From positions 38,599 to 102,598 of the IMG/VR virus record IMGVR_UViG_3300047586_000066: a stretch of DNA of 64,000 bases, one strand, 5' to 3'. Both the position numbers and the translations under genes were made by a program. The notes under the pieces were generated by a model, which was not told where the DNA came from, ran no database searches, and was given only the letters and a program-made list of their open reading frames with translations. The stretch comes from a virus. Below are positions 27,449-38,800 of this stretch, one piece after another; the first letter of the stretch is position 1, and the number at the start of each line of letters is the position of its first letter.

Positions 27449-27922
27449 CTACGGACATTGTGCGATTCCCAGAATCACGTTTGCTTCAAGCTGCAAATCC
27501 AGAACATCGGTCCTGGAGTCGTTATTCAGGTCCCCATTGGTGATAGGCTTGATCCCGAGAATCGCGTTGGCGAGGGCCTGAAGGTCAAGAACGTTTACGG
27601 ATCCATCTCCGTTAATATCGCATTTGGACCCATAGCCGATGATTTGAGAAACTTCATTGGAGAAATCGCTTTCATTCCCGGCGACATCGAAGGCTGTCAC
27701 GGCAAAATAATAGGTGTTCGGCCCCAATCCCATAACGGTATAGGTCGTTTGATTTCCGATTGTGATCGGAGAGCCGTAGGTCCTGCTTGCATTGCCAACG
27801 TAGACTTTGTAACCCGCAATATTCGGAGAGATGCTCGGATCCCAGGCGAGGCTGACATCAGCGGGGAAAAGATTAACTGCCGCAACGAGCCAGACCAAGA
27901 GTAAAAATCCTCTTGAGCGCAC
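27449..27922 (-). CDS. secreted FN3 + dockerin protein
   Basis: signal peptide; LAWD..GYKVY.G..YYFAVTAFD.AGNES..SNEV; duplicated Ca loops DINGDGSVNVLDLQ / DLNNDSRTDVLDLQ. Confidence 0.85.
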   Translation of the reverse strand: MRSRGFLLLVWLVAAVNLFPADVSLAWDPSISPNIAGYKVYVGNASRTYGSPITIGNQTTYTVMGLGPNTYYFAVTAFDVAGNESDFSNEVSQIIGYGSKCDINGDGSVNVLDLQALANAILGIKPITNGDLNNDSRTDVLDLQLEANVILGIAQCP

Positions 27923-28274
27923 AGCCGATCCCTCCCTTTTTCGCCTTTGCTGCATTATAAAGGCTCAGGTACAAATCTGCCTTTTCTTTTTCCATGTCCC
28001 GCTCTTTTTCTGCCAGAGCGGTTGCTTGCTTTTCGAGATCTAAAGATCTCTGCCAGTTGTCATGCTCCTTCTGGGAGAGGTCCGTTTCTCTTTGGATGAA
28101 TTGATCATAGGCAAGGATCTGGCTGCGAGACGATTGGAGTTCATAGAGTTGGTTGAGGACCTGCCTCTTGTCCCCTTCAGTGAGCGGGGGAGGGGCTGGA
28201 TTTGGCGAGCTCGTTTGAGAGATCGCGGATTGCCCCATCGAGCATAGAAGCAGGGATAGAATTAACTTGAACAC
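27873..28274 (-). CDS. exported coiled-coil protein, spanin-like
   Basis: GTG after AGGAGG, hydrophobic N-terminus, overlaps upstream TM coiled-coil gene. Confidence 0.5.
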   Translation of the reverse strand: MFKLILSLLLCSMGQSAISQTSSPNPAPPPLTEGDKRQVLNQLYELQSSRSQILAYDQFIQRETDLSQKEHDNWQRSLDLEKQATALAEKERDMEKEKADLYLSLYNAAKAKKGGIGCALKRIFTLGLARCGS

Positions 28275-28632
28275 GACGGCCCTCCTGAGTTGTTCGAGCC
28301 TGAGTGAGACTTGTCGCCAGCCTGGCGACAATGTTCTCTCTGGATTTTGCAAGCTGGTCACTCGCTACCTTGGCCGCGTCGATCTGCTTCTGAAGATCAA
28401 CCTTATCGGCTTTGAGCGTATCTGTCTCCAGCTTCCATTTCGCTTCTTCCTGTTTTAATACCTGGTCAGTAGTCTGAGTCCGTGTCTCGGCCGCGATCCT
28501 GTTATCATGGCCATTGAGCCAGAAGACTTTGAAGCCCCATAGGACCAGCGCGACAATGCCAACGTATTCGATGATCTTCTGAAAGGGACCCGGAATGAGT
28601 CCCCATTTTCCGGCAATCCAAGCAAACCACAT
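28177..28632 (-). CDS. i-spanin-like membrane-anchored coiled-coil protein
   Basis: one N-terminal TM plus coiled coil, downstream of lysin and holin. Confidence 0.55.
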   Translation of the reverse strand: MWFAWIAGKWGLIPGPFQKIIEYVGIVALVLWGFKVFWLNGHDNRIAAETRTQTTDQVLKQEEAKWKLETDTLKADKVDLQKQIDAAKVASDQLAKSRENIVARLATSLTQARTTQEGRRVQVNSIPASMLDGAIRDLSNELAKSSPSPAH

Positions 28633-28659
28633 GGTTCCTCCGTTAGATGATAAGCCAGA

Positions 28660-29061
28660 TCATGACTTGTCGCCTCCGGTCCCAAGTACATTTCCCTGAT
28701 TCGCAAAGGGAATTTTACTACAAAGCCACTTTGCCAGGGCCGGAACAGTCATTTCGGCCAATGCTCCCATCAAGAAAGCGAAGGGCGGCGCCGTGGGCAT
28801 GTCGAGCAAAACTCCGCCAAATATCCACTGGGTTCCTACCTTGTCGATGAAGGCAGCCCCGATCGCCCAGACGATCCCTATCGTGACAGCCCAGGACATC
28901 TGCGATCCCACCGTAACCAATTCGAACCAATTCTTGGAGGCTGTCCAAAAAGGAATACCCGTTCCCTTGGACTGATAGCAGAACCGTTGCCACTTCCAGA
29001 CCAACGTCATCAAAGCGCCGATCAGATACCATATCCATTGAACGTGATTAGAGAAATTCAT
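28660..29061 (-). CDS. holin-like membrane protein
   Basis: about 3 hydrophobic segments, adjacent to the lysin. Confidence 0.5.
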   Translation of the reverse strand: MNFSNHVQWIWYLIGALMTLVWKWQRFCYQSKGTGIPFWTASKNWFELVTVGSQMSWAVTIGIVWAIGAAFIDKVGTQWIFGGVLLDMPTAPPFAFLMGALAEMTVPALAKWLCSKIPFANQGNVLGTGGDKS

Positions 29062-29068
29062 ATTTTCC

Positions 29069-29476
29069 TCATCCATGGGTGACAGTGATCCAGCACTCCT
29101 CGCCGGCATTCAGCGCAGCCTGGAGCTGGTCAAAGAACGGATGGAAAGCAGTCTCGCAATCCCAAATCCTGTCGACGCCTTTATCATGCCCGAGAAGGAT
29201 ACAGCCTTCCGTGTTCTGGTCGGTATTTCCTTTGTGTATCCGGACTCCGATAAAATTCTGGACATTAAGGATATGCGGCATCAGGCGTTTGAACCTGGTC
29301 GACATGTCGATAATGACCTGGTAGCGCCCTTCCGCGATTGCCGTGGCGCCGGGAACCTTCGGCCCTGTTCTCACGCAGTCTTCGAGCGTGTAAGAATGGA
29401 ATTCTCCGTTAATCAGGAAATCACCGATAGTGCTTTTCCCGGTGAGCACTTTTCGGAGGACTGTGAGTTCCATCAT
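29069..29476 (-). CDS. DUF5675-family putative endolysin
   Basis: STIG..YTLED..AIAEGRY..GVRIHKGN....TEGCILLG. Confidence 0.8.
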   Translation of the reverse strand: MMELTVLRKVLTGKSTIGDFLINGEFHSYTLEDCVRTGPKVPGATAIAEGRYQVIIDMSTRFKRLMPHILNVQNFIGVRIHKGNTDQNTEGCILLGHDKGVDRIWDCETAFHPFFDQLQAALNAGEECWITVTHG

Positions 29477-29769
29477 TCCCCTCGTTTCGCTACGGTTCCC
29501 AGACAAGTTGCAATCTCATCCACCCGTTCCCGAATGTATTTGAGATCCTCTTTTAAGATAGCCTGAGCTGTCTCGAGCGCGGAGATCCTCTCCCCTCTTA
29601 CGGACAAGCGTAACGACTCCTGCTGACAATTTGACTGGATTGAGGCCAGGACTGCGGCATGAGTTGTTTCGACCTTTGAAATATCGCCTGCCAACTTACG
29701 CATGTAGGCGCCTCCGATCAAAATCACCAGAGACAACAGGCCGCTGAGTATCCACATAAGTACCTGCAT
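29473..29769 (-). CDS. single-TM coiled-coil protein (lysis module)
   Basis: N-terminal TM, AAGGAG RBS. Confidence 0.6.
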   Translation of the reverse strand: MQVLMWILSGLLSLVILIGGAYMRKLAGDISKVETTHAAVLASIQSNCQQESLRLSVRGERISALETAQAILKEDLKYIRERVDEIATCLGTVAKRGE

Positions 29770-29816
29770 GGTTTCTCCTTGCATTCGTAACCTCTCGAAA
29801 ACAGGAACCTGCCCGC

Positions 29817-29837
29817 ATGTTAGCAGTCTGATGTCAA
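29817..29837 (-). promoter_or_regulatory. TTGACA-N9-TAACAT motif (putative late promoter)
   Basis: same geometry at 45503-45523 and 61619-61639. Confidence 0.5.
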
Positions 29838-29849
29838 TATCAACTTCGT

Positions 29850-32800
29850 TTAAGGCGATGGCGGCGGAGGGAGGGATGCCGACGCCGACTTTCGAGCGGG
29901 TGCATTGACTTTACCTGAGAGAATTTGGTCAATCACTCCGCGTTCCTTCTTTGGACTCGCTTTGACGACACGTCCCTTATTCGGGCCAGAGGTTATCACG
30001 CGAGCTCCTTTAGGAACTTCATGAGTTGCTCTGATCGCCATGAGGGTCTCCATAATGTACTCAGGGATAGAATACCTTTGATCCCCTCGAGTTAACATAC
30101 TAATTAAATTGGTTACCGAGAAGGGTATCGGCGTAATGCCTCCGGCAATATGCAGGAGTCCTCTGATTGACGCGGCTGGCTCCGGCATTCCCTTCTGGGC
30201 GATGGCTCTTCCTGCCCAGTCCTCATTCTTCAAAGCCTCCATCCCGGTTCGTGAGAGCGGGCTCATTTTGTTGGCTATCGACCGAAGTAGACCTTGAACC
30301 AATCCATAATCTTGGACGTTATCCCATGCCTGAATCAAATCGGAAGGTCCGCCAGCAAAGAAAGTCTTCTTATAGAAAACATCCTTCCCATCCTTATCCT
30401 TGCCAGCGTACACGGCTGTCGGATGCCTTGAGAACTTTCCGGTGAGCATCAGGCTTGTGAATTCCGACAGGAGGATTCCAAACACAAAGGCTCGGAACCA
30501 GAACCACCTTGCAGCTCGCCCGGCCGGCGTGCTCTCGATAAGTCTTCCCATAGGATTATCAGGAGGCGGCGGCAGCCCGGCGCCAGGTGGTTGGTTCGGC
30601 GGACCTCCGCCAGGAGGAGTCCCACCCGGAGGAGGAGCCCCACCGGCCGGAGGAGGAGCCCCACCGGCCGGAGGAGGAGCCATTTCAAAAGCATATTTTA
30701 GCTGTATGACATTGGAGAATGTCCAGTCGGGCGCCAGGAAGAACAGCCGAGCAGCTCCAACCAGCATCTTATTAAGGCCCATGACCTCCCAATTCAATCC
30801 ACCATAGGCCGAGTTGACCTCTTTGGCGATCGATCTCCTGGCTTCAGCGAGTCTGTTGGGATTCTGGGCTTCCACTGGATGTTTTGCTATCCACGCCGCA
30901 TCCTTCAGCATGAAGTCGTGAACCTTAAAGATGCGCTGCATATGATCGAACATGAAGCGGGTCAGCCCGCGTGCGGCTTCGTCGATCTGTTTGATCCCGG
31001 GGACAGTCCTTAGCTTGTCCGCCAGAGGAGATTCTTCGGCCCTGATCCCGCGGTAGGCTTCGATCGCCTTTCCCGCCATGCTGGTTACTAGGCCATACCG
31101 AGCGCCGAGCACTTCCCCAGCTTTGAACGTCGGGGTATCGCTGAATCCTTTTTCAAAGATTGTCTTGATCTCTTTGGGACCCATGTTTGCGATTGCGGTC
31201 GCCGTCAGAGCTTTCATGTGGAAGAAGGATAGCCCGAGTTCCACGGATTTCAACATTGCCTGGTAAACCCGGATAGCGGTATAGCCCTTGAGATGACGGA
31301 GATAATCCGGATCCGTGATCGCTCTTAGGGCTTCGACGATCGGCTTTGGTCCGAAAGCTCTTCGGTATGCGGTCCTGGGTTCTCCGGTATCTTTGTCATC
31401 ATAGGCGAAGTGATAATCCCAGAGCGCGTTCTCTCCACGGGTATATGGAACCCAGTCTTTAAGATCCGGATCTCCGCGGGTGCCATATTTAAGGACACCA
31501 TTATTTTTAAGCAATCCGATCAGTTTAACGGTGGCGGCCACTTTCGCCCAGCGATCGCCGTAGATCGTCATAGCGTCCAGGGCGTTGAATGTCGCGGGCC
31601 GGGCCCCAGTCTCACCGCTGAATGCAAGAGCCGTCAGCAAGTCTGGGAATGTTCGTTTGCTGGCGAACTCGAAATTTCTGGGCATTGGATGACCTTTGAT
31701 GTTCGTTGGAGCCGCATTGCCACTGGATGGTTCCTGATCGAAGGTCAAGATATGGACGAGATAGTCCTCCGGCAGAATGTTGCTTTGCAGGAAGCCAAGC
31801 AATCTCCCTTCATACAGCCGGCGCCGGAAGTAGGCTGTCTGCAAATCGGCGACCTGCTGCATCTCTGGAGACGGATTCATCGCTCGCTCGATTACCGGCC
31901 GCAGCTCTCGCACGGCTTTTATCGCTCTCAACCTGGCATCCGTGACCTCCTGGGGCGTTGCCTTCGGATTCTTCTGCGCGAAGTACCGAGCAACCTTATT
32001 GAATATCGGATGAGTCCCATCCATAAATTCTTGCAGCTCGCCCGGCCGGTTTCCAAATTCACGAAGCAGGCTTACCGCTTGCTGATCCAGGACAGAAGGG
32101 ATCATCTGCCGGCACATTTCTCTGAGCTGGTTGGTTTCAACAATGGACGGGTCTCGATCGCCAACAAAGAATGATCGGAGGGCTTCTTCGAGTTGGCGCC
32201 TCTCCTGGCCCATGGCTGTCTGAAGATCTGCCAGGACCTCTTCAGGAGAACGACCTCCGATGCCGGCCGTATAGCCGAGGGTCCTGGCTACTGCGCCAAG
32301 GATTTGTTGCGTCGACGGACCACCTGAATACATGTAATGAGGCCCCTTATTGTCGGGCTCTGGCTCATTCGCCGCATCTTTGGGTTCTGTTTCCTCGTCC
32401 GGCTGTGCGACTTTGGATTCAGGCAGCGGCGTCAGGCGATTATTTATGCGTTCGTCGAGCTGTCTCTGAGCGTCGAGAACCTGATCAGAAAGCTGGTTGT
32501 AAAGTTCGAAGTCTCCTTGATTGCCGGCCTCGTCTCGCTGCTTCGTCAAATCCTTGACTCTGGTATCGAGGGCGTCGACGTCCATGTCCGGAGGTTTCAG
32601 TCCGCCCGGAGGTCCGGGAAGTCCTCCGGCTGGAGGCTTGGCCACTTTTCTTTTAACTGTTGGGACTGCCTTCTTTAACTGGAGGCCACTGAGGAACTTT
32701 CTCGGAGCCGAGGAGGCTATCCCCGCTTCCGCATCCACTTCCTCAACCGATTTACCAGATCTCTTTGCCTGCTCATAAAGAACAACATAGGCTTCGGCTT

Positions 32801-35800
32801 TGGAATATTCCTCACCAAGGCTCTCAATCCGATCGCGCCACTTCGCAATTTCGTCCTGGTAATTCTTAACCCGACTCTGAGCATCCGAAACGTTATTGCG
32901 TAGGCTCTCCAAGAGCTGTTCATAATATGCCGAGCCATTTCCTTCGCGGATATCCTTTTCATAGTCGGTAATCCTGTCCTGCCAGCTCTTGATTCTGTTT
33001 TCGTGGTTTACAACGGCATGTTCGGATTGCTGGATATCCTTTTCCAGTTCAGCGATGCCAGCCTGAGCAAGCGTCGAGGCGTGTTTGGCGCGATAGTAAT
33101 CTAGGGTCGATTGCGGGATCGCCGCGGAGTCGGCCAGCTCTTGGAAGTTCCGTCCATCCGAATCGAAGTCCGTAACTTCATCGGCGTCACCCATCCAGAG
33201 CTCTTTATTCCAGCGATCTTTTCTGGCCAGTATGTCATACAGCTTTGCGTCGGAAGTTCCCTTGACCAGGTACCGGTGAATCCTGACAACATCATTCGTG
33301 TTGCCTTGGCGCAATCCTCGGCCGCCGCGCTGTTCAAGTCCGGCTGGATTCCATGGAACATCGTAATTATGGATATCAGTCGTGTAGGTTTGGAGGTTCA
33401 TGCCCTCACCCATTGATTGGGTTGTTCCAATCAGAAACCGGTTCTTTCCTTCGGCGTTCTCCTGCTGAACCTTAAACTTTGCCTTGGCTCCAGAATTGCT
33501 CTGCTGGTTTATGATCTCGATCTGAGACTCTGGGATCCCGGCTTCTATCAGCTTCGCTTTAATGTGCTTGTGGATATTGAGGAGCTCTACGAATTTCCCT
33601 TTTTTCTGCTTTGAGGCTTCTGGATCTTCGTCGTCTTCTCCTCCTTGGCTGATCTTCTGATTTTCAAGATCGTCCCCTTCCTCTTCATGGTAGCCGCCAC
33701 GGTAAAGATCGCAGAAGATTAACTGGCAGTTGTCGCCAGTGTCGAGATTGATAACGTTGTTTATCAGGCTGTCGAGCTTAGAACCAGGTCCGCCGAGAGA
33801 ATCGCCATACTTTACTGGGTCAAAGATTGCAGGGTCAGCCGCAACCTTCCTGGCTTCAGTCAAAACTGTGAGATGATTGATTCCCAGCTCTGCCGCATGC
33901 CGGAAGTCTTCTTTGACGAATTCATCGAGCCATGCAATATAGCCGGCTGCTTCGGTGACTGCTTCCGTTGGCTCCAGTTTGTGATCCTGATACTCAGCGG
34001 CAGGACGCTGGACAGGCAACATTTCAATCGGACGGAAATCGACATAGCGCCGGAAGATCGAGCGGAGCTCCTTCAGGTTTTTATATCCGGTCCAGACTGT
34101 CTTAGAAGTAGGAACGCCTGTGGCTCCTTTGACTTCAACGGTGTCTATCACTCCGAACTGTTCGATGAAGTCACCGGCGTTCATGATCCCTCGGCTTGTC
34201 CATTCTTCCGGAGCTACATACTGCATCATCGCGTAGATTTCAGAAGGATGGTTAGGCGTCGGGGTTGCCGTCAGACCAAAAACATTGGCGCCTTTCTTCC
34301 CGCCTCGGCGCTCATGAATGTATCTGGTTTTGTAAACCATGTCGGCCGCCCGCTGGGCCGGCTTACCCTCATGAACGTATTCAGCCATGTCTCCGTATGA
34401 ACGCGGAGAATTTTTGTAATTGTGAGCCTCGTCAATAATTATCCCGTCGACGCCGAGGTCCTCGAACCAAACCGTCTTTGTCTTCTTGAAGGCTTGGAGC
34501 TGCGCCAACCGTTCCTCGAGGCGCATGACAGCATTCTGGATATCTTGCTCTCTCTTTTTTCTCTGGGCATCACTCTTACCACCGGCCGCCATAGTCGCAT
34601 GGAGTCTGTCTTCGAACAGTCGGATATCTTCTCGGATGTATTCTTCCGATTTCTGGAGGGGAATCTCCTTCATACTCTCAAAGCTGATAAGAATATAGTC
34701 AGCATCACTGGCCGCAACTCTCTGGAGCATCCGGTATCGGTTGTCGGCATCCATCCCAGAAAGGTCTGCAATCTTGGCATCAGGCAATACCTGAGAGATT
34801 TCATAGGCCCAGTTTTTAACCACCTTGGCCGGAGCTACAATCATCGGCTTTGTAACCTTGCCGGTAGCTTTAAGGTGAGCTGCCAAGAGGATTCCAACGA
34901 GCGTCTTGCCGCCGCCGACACCGTAGGAAACAATCCCGGCGCCCATATGAGCCTGCCGGCCGACCCCTTCCCATTGATGAGACTGGATCTCTAAAGGCTT
35001 CCCTTTGAAAGTGGAAGCCAACCCAGGGATGTTGAGCTGCTTCGGAGAATAGAATCTCTCCCTGAACGATCGGAACATGCGGTTATAAATCGGCGTGAGG
35101 TCCTCAAAATAGGAGCGATTCCCTCTGGCCCATGTCTGGAAGTAATCCGTCAGCTTCTTGTAGGTTCGCTCTCCGACTTCCGAGAAGATTGTCTTCATCT
35201 TCTCCCGGCCTTTGGCATCACGCTGCCCGGTTGGGATCTGCTTTGTAGGTCTCCTGTGATTCAGGTAATTCTCTACGACCTCTTCATCGAGGACGACCTG
35301 GGTAGGAAGAGGAACACCATTTGCATCCTTTATCTCTCCGGCGACTTCCATCTGGAGTCTGAAATGTCCAGAGACGTGCCAGGCAAACTTCCCACGTTCC
35401 GGATCAAATTCTTTTTCAACGGTCCATGTTCCCGGGAATTGATTCTGAACCCATGTCTTTACAATCCGGTCCTGCATGTAAGAAGAGAACGGATCTGATC
35501 GCCGAATAACTTCGTCCGTATCGGCTTGTTCAGGTAGGGCATTTTGAAGTTTCTCGAGCTGCTTCGAGAGGACCTCAAGGATCTTCGCTTTATCCGTGCT
35601 GTCCTCATGTGTCGACTCAATCTCATTGTAGAGAGTGTTCGTCTCATCAATTTTGGGATAGATATCTCCGAAGAGATATTCATCATCGATTTGGAGGACT
35701 GGCAGAGCATTGGCGTCGAGGGCCTCAATGCTGAAATCCGGATGTCCGACAAGATCATTCTGGTCTCCGGGCCCAGTATAGAGAGACTTAAACCGATCCC

Positions 35801-38800
35801 AATCCATAACAGAGGTTTCTTCGTAAACAAACTTAGCTGTGTCTACAGCGTCGGTCGGATCGAAACTCCGCGGGACTGGAGCGGGACGATACATCGTATT
35901 CTTTGTGAAGATGTCAGACGGATCCCCTTTTCTGTCGGTCAGTCCGGCCAAACGCCAGACTCTTGGATCAGCAAATGGGAAGGGGTTCGATGCAGGCCCG
36001 CCATTCAGATACTTCCAAAGCGCAGGATCGGTCCCGGGTGCCCCTGAAGGATTAGATTTTGCAGTTGCATAATCCTTCTTATACTTCTCGAGCGTCGGAC
36101 GGATCAATTCACGAAGCTGGTCGGCACGGTCGATATCATTCTCTCTCAGTGCGGAATACAGCTCATCCGTCAACTCCATCAATCTCAGGCCCCGCTGGAC
36201 TCGATTAAAGGTCTTGTTCTTATCTTCGCCACCCTTTCGCTTCCTGGGCATCTCAGAGGCTTCGTAGATATTTCCATCCTTGGCGGCGTAGCCGAACTTC
36301 TCCTTTTCGGCATCCCAGACGATCGTCCCGGTCTTCATTCCTTCCGGACGTTCGCCGAGGATAGGACGCTCCGACTCTTCTTTGTCTTCCCGAGTTGAGG
36401 CTGTTATCTTTACGGGCACGTAGCGGATCTCATCCTTCAGAGCTCCGTGCATAACCCTGTCATATCGAGCTGCGTCTCGTTTCCCGTCAGCTCCTTTGAA
36501 ATGCTCTACGCCGACCTGTTCCTCATACAACCCCAGTCCTGATTTTAGAGTCCCCCATGCCTTTTCAGGATGCTTGACATACCAGGACGACAGTTTCCCT
36601 TTCGTTGGGTTGCCTTCGTCTTTGGGATTCAGGGCATGGATGAATTCCTCCTGATACATTGTATCGGTCCAGTTCGCCATTTCCTCTGGAGTCCGTTTGC
36701 GGAAGAAGATGACGTCAGTGCTTCCTTCGTAATGGGTGTTTTTCGAGAATTCCCCATTCGGAGTTCGATACGCCCCGAGGAATTCGCCGCGACGGTTCAT
36801 CTCTTTCCTGGTCTCGACCTTATCGACGCCGGTGCCATCCATGGTCCCGATGCTCGTAAAGTAAGCAACCATGCCATTCGGCCGCGCCATGTCCAGAGAC
36901 TTCATAAAGAAGAAGTCATGTAGAGCTTTAATATCTTCGTATTCCTTTGCTTCGTCTGAATACTTCAGGGCTCCACGGTGAGCGTTGAAAGGAACGTTCG
37001 AGATGAACAAATCGATATCGCGGCGAGGAGCGTATTCCTCAAAAGGCAAGTTTGAGACTTTGGCATCGGGGTAGAGTAACCGGGCTACCTTAACGGCGAT
37101 CTCATCAATTTCTGTCCCAAAGATCTGAACCGATGGATGCGCGAAACCTCCGAAGTTTCCTATGCCGAAGGCCGGATCCATCATCTTTATATCTTCAACG
37201 GGGAATCCCATTGCGCGGAGTTTGTCCCAGGTCCACTCCACCATGCGATAGGATGTATAGTGCTCGTAGAGTAAACCGCGCTCTTTCTCGGTATCTCCGA
37301 GACCTCCGGATCCGGTGTATTTGCGAAGGAGATCTTTTTCTTCGTCTGTGAGGGGATCACCTGGTTGTTTGGTTTGGACAAGATCGATGACCCGGGCATT
37401 GATATCCCGGCGCTCTTGCTTGGACAGGACTATTGGATCTCGTCCTCGGAGGCTGTAGCGGCTTCCTTTGCTGAGCTCCCCAATATCTGGCTTTTTAACT
37501 GGTCTTGGAGCTGGTCGCTCGGCAGGCTGCTCAGTAGGAACTGCTGTGTCAGGTCCTCCACTAGGTTCTGCCTCCCGTACTTCTCCACTAACTCCGGCGG
37601 GAGTTGGTCCACCAGCTTCTCCGCTGACTCCTCCGCTTGGTATATTCTTTGCAGTTCGGTCGCGCTGTTCACTGGGCTTCCTCTCTTTCCGTGGAGGAAC
37701 AACCTCAATATCTTCTGGAGGAGGTTGCGGTAATCCTTCACGTTCGGCAATGGTGCCGGCGGCGATGCTTTCCGCTGGGCCCGTTACTATTCTAGCATTT
37801 TGGTCATCAAACTGATCCTGAAATTCCTCTGTTTGGGCTTCCTGGTTCCCCGGACTCACGATCGCGGTCGCCGCTTCAGTCCAGCCGCCGTTCTGTTTTG
37901 GAACCTCAGCCCGGACTCCTACAGTGGTCATTTCAGACTTGGGCTCCAGGATTCCCATTAGGGAGAAGTCGGTATTGTTTTGGGCTGCCGTTCGAATATC
38001 CTCGGCGCTAATCGCTTTGGGATCGTACAGATATCGGCCTTTCCCCTCGATATCAATGGCTCCGATGGTGTCCGGATCAACTCCAGACCGATCGATGATC
38101 GATTGGCTGAAATTATCGATGTCTACAGTCGGGTCATTCGGGATGAAAACTACTCTACGCCGTCCTTTGTTAAGAGCCTTGAGCTGGGTGGAGAAGGTTG
38201 CCTGCTCTTCTGGAACCGTGACCTCTGGAGGCGGAGGGATCCCATGAGTTGGAACCGGTGCCCGGCCGCCAGATCTCTCGAGGTTTTTCCCGATCGTGTT
38301 TATTTCATCGTTGCTCAGGCCATCAAACGGTTTCCCATATAGTCTTCGAGCAATGTGATCCAGATCTTGATGCTGTCGTTGCGCCATTCCCCTGATACGC
38401 AAGCGGCTGAATCCCGAAGTCTTTCCCGGAGGTTCAGGAAGCGACTCGCGTTTAATCGCCGTTCTGGCACCTGGTATTTTAGGGATATGGGCTGCGTCCG
38501 CGAACAGGTGATTCATCCATTTCTGGGCTTCATCAAGAACGCGCTGGGAAGGTCCGAGACCTGCCTCTGAACTCATGGCAAGCTGAATCTTCGGTTCGTC
38601 AGCCGTGCCGGCGATCTTTGCGCGGATGGAGAAGGCTGTTTGCGGTGGATCCCCCAGCTTCTCAGACAGGTGATGAACGATTTCGTTGGCGAGCTGGCCG
38701 ACTCCTTTCCACGCTTCAGGGGAGGCATCTGTTCGCAGCGACGTCGGGATATCTGCCTGGGTAATCTTGCGGGCAAACTTCATTCGCTCTGCCTGATCCG

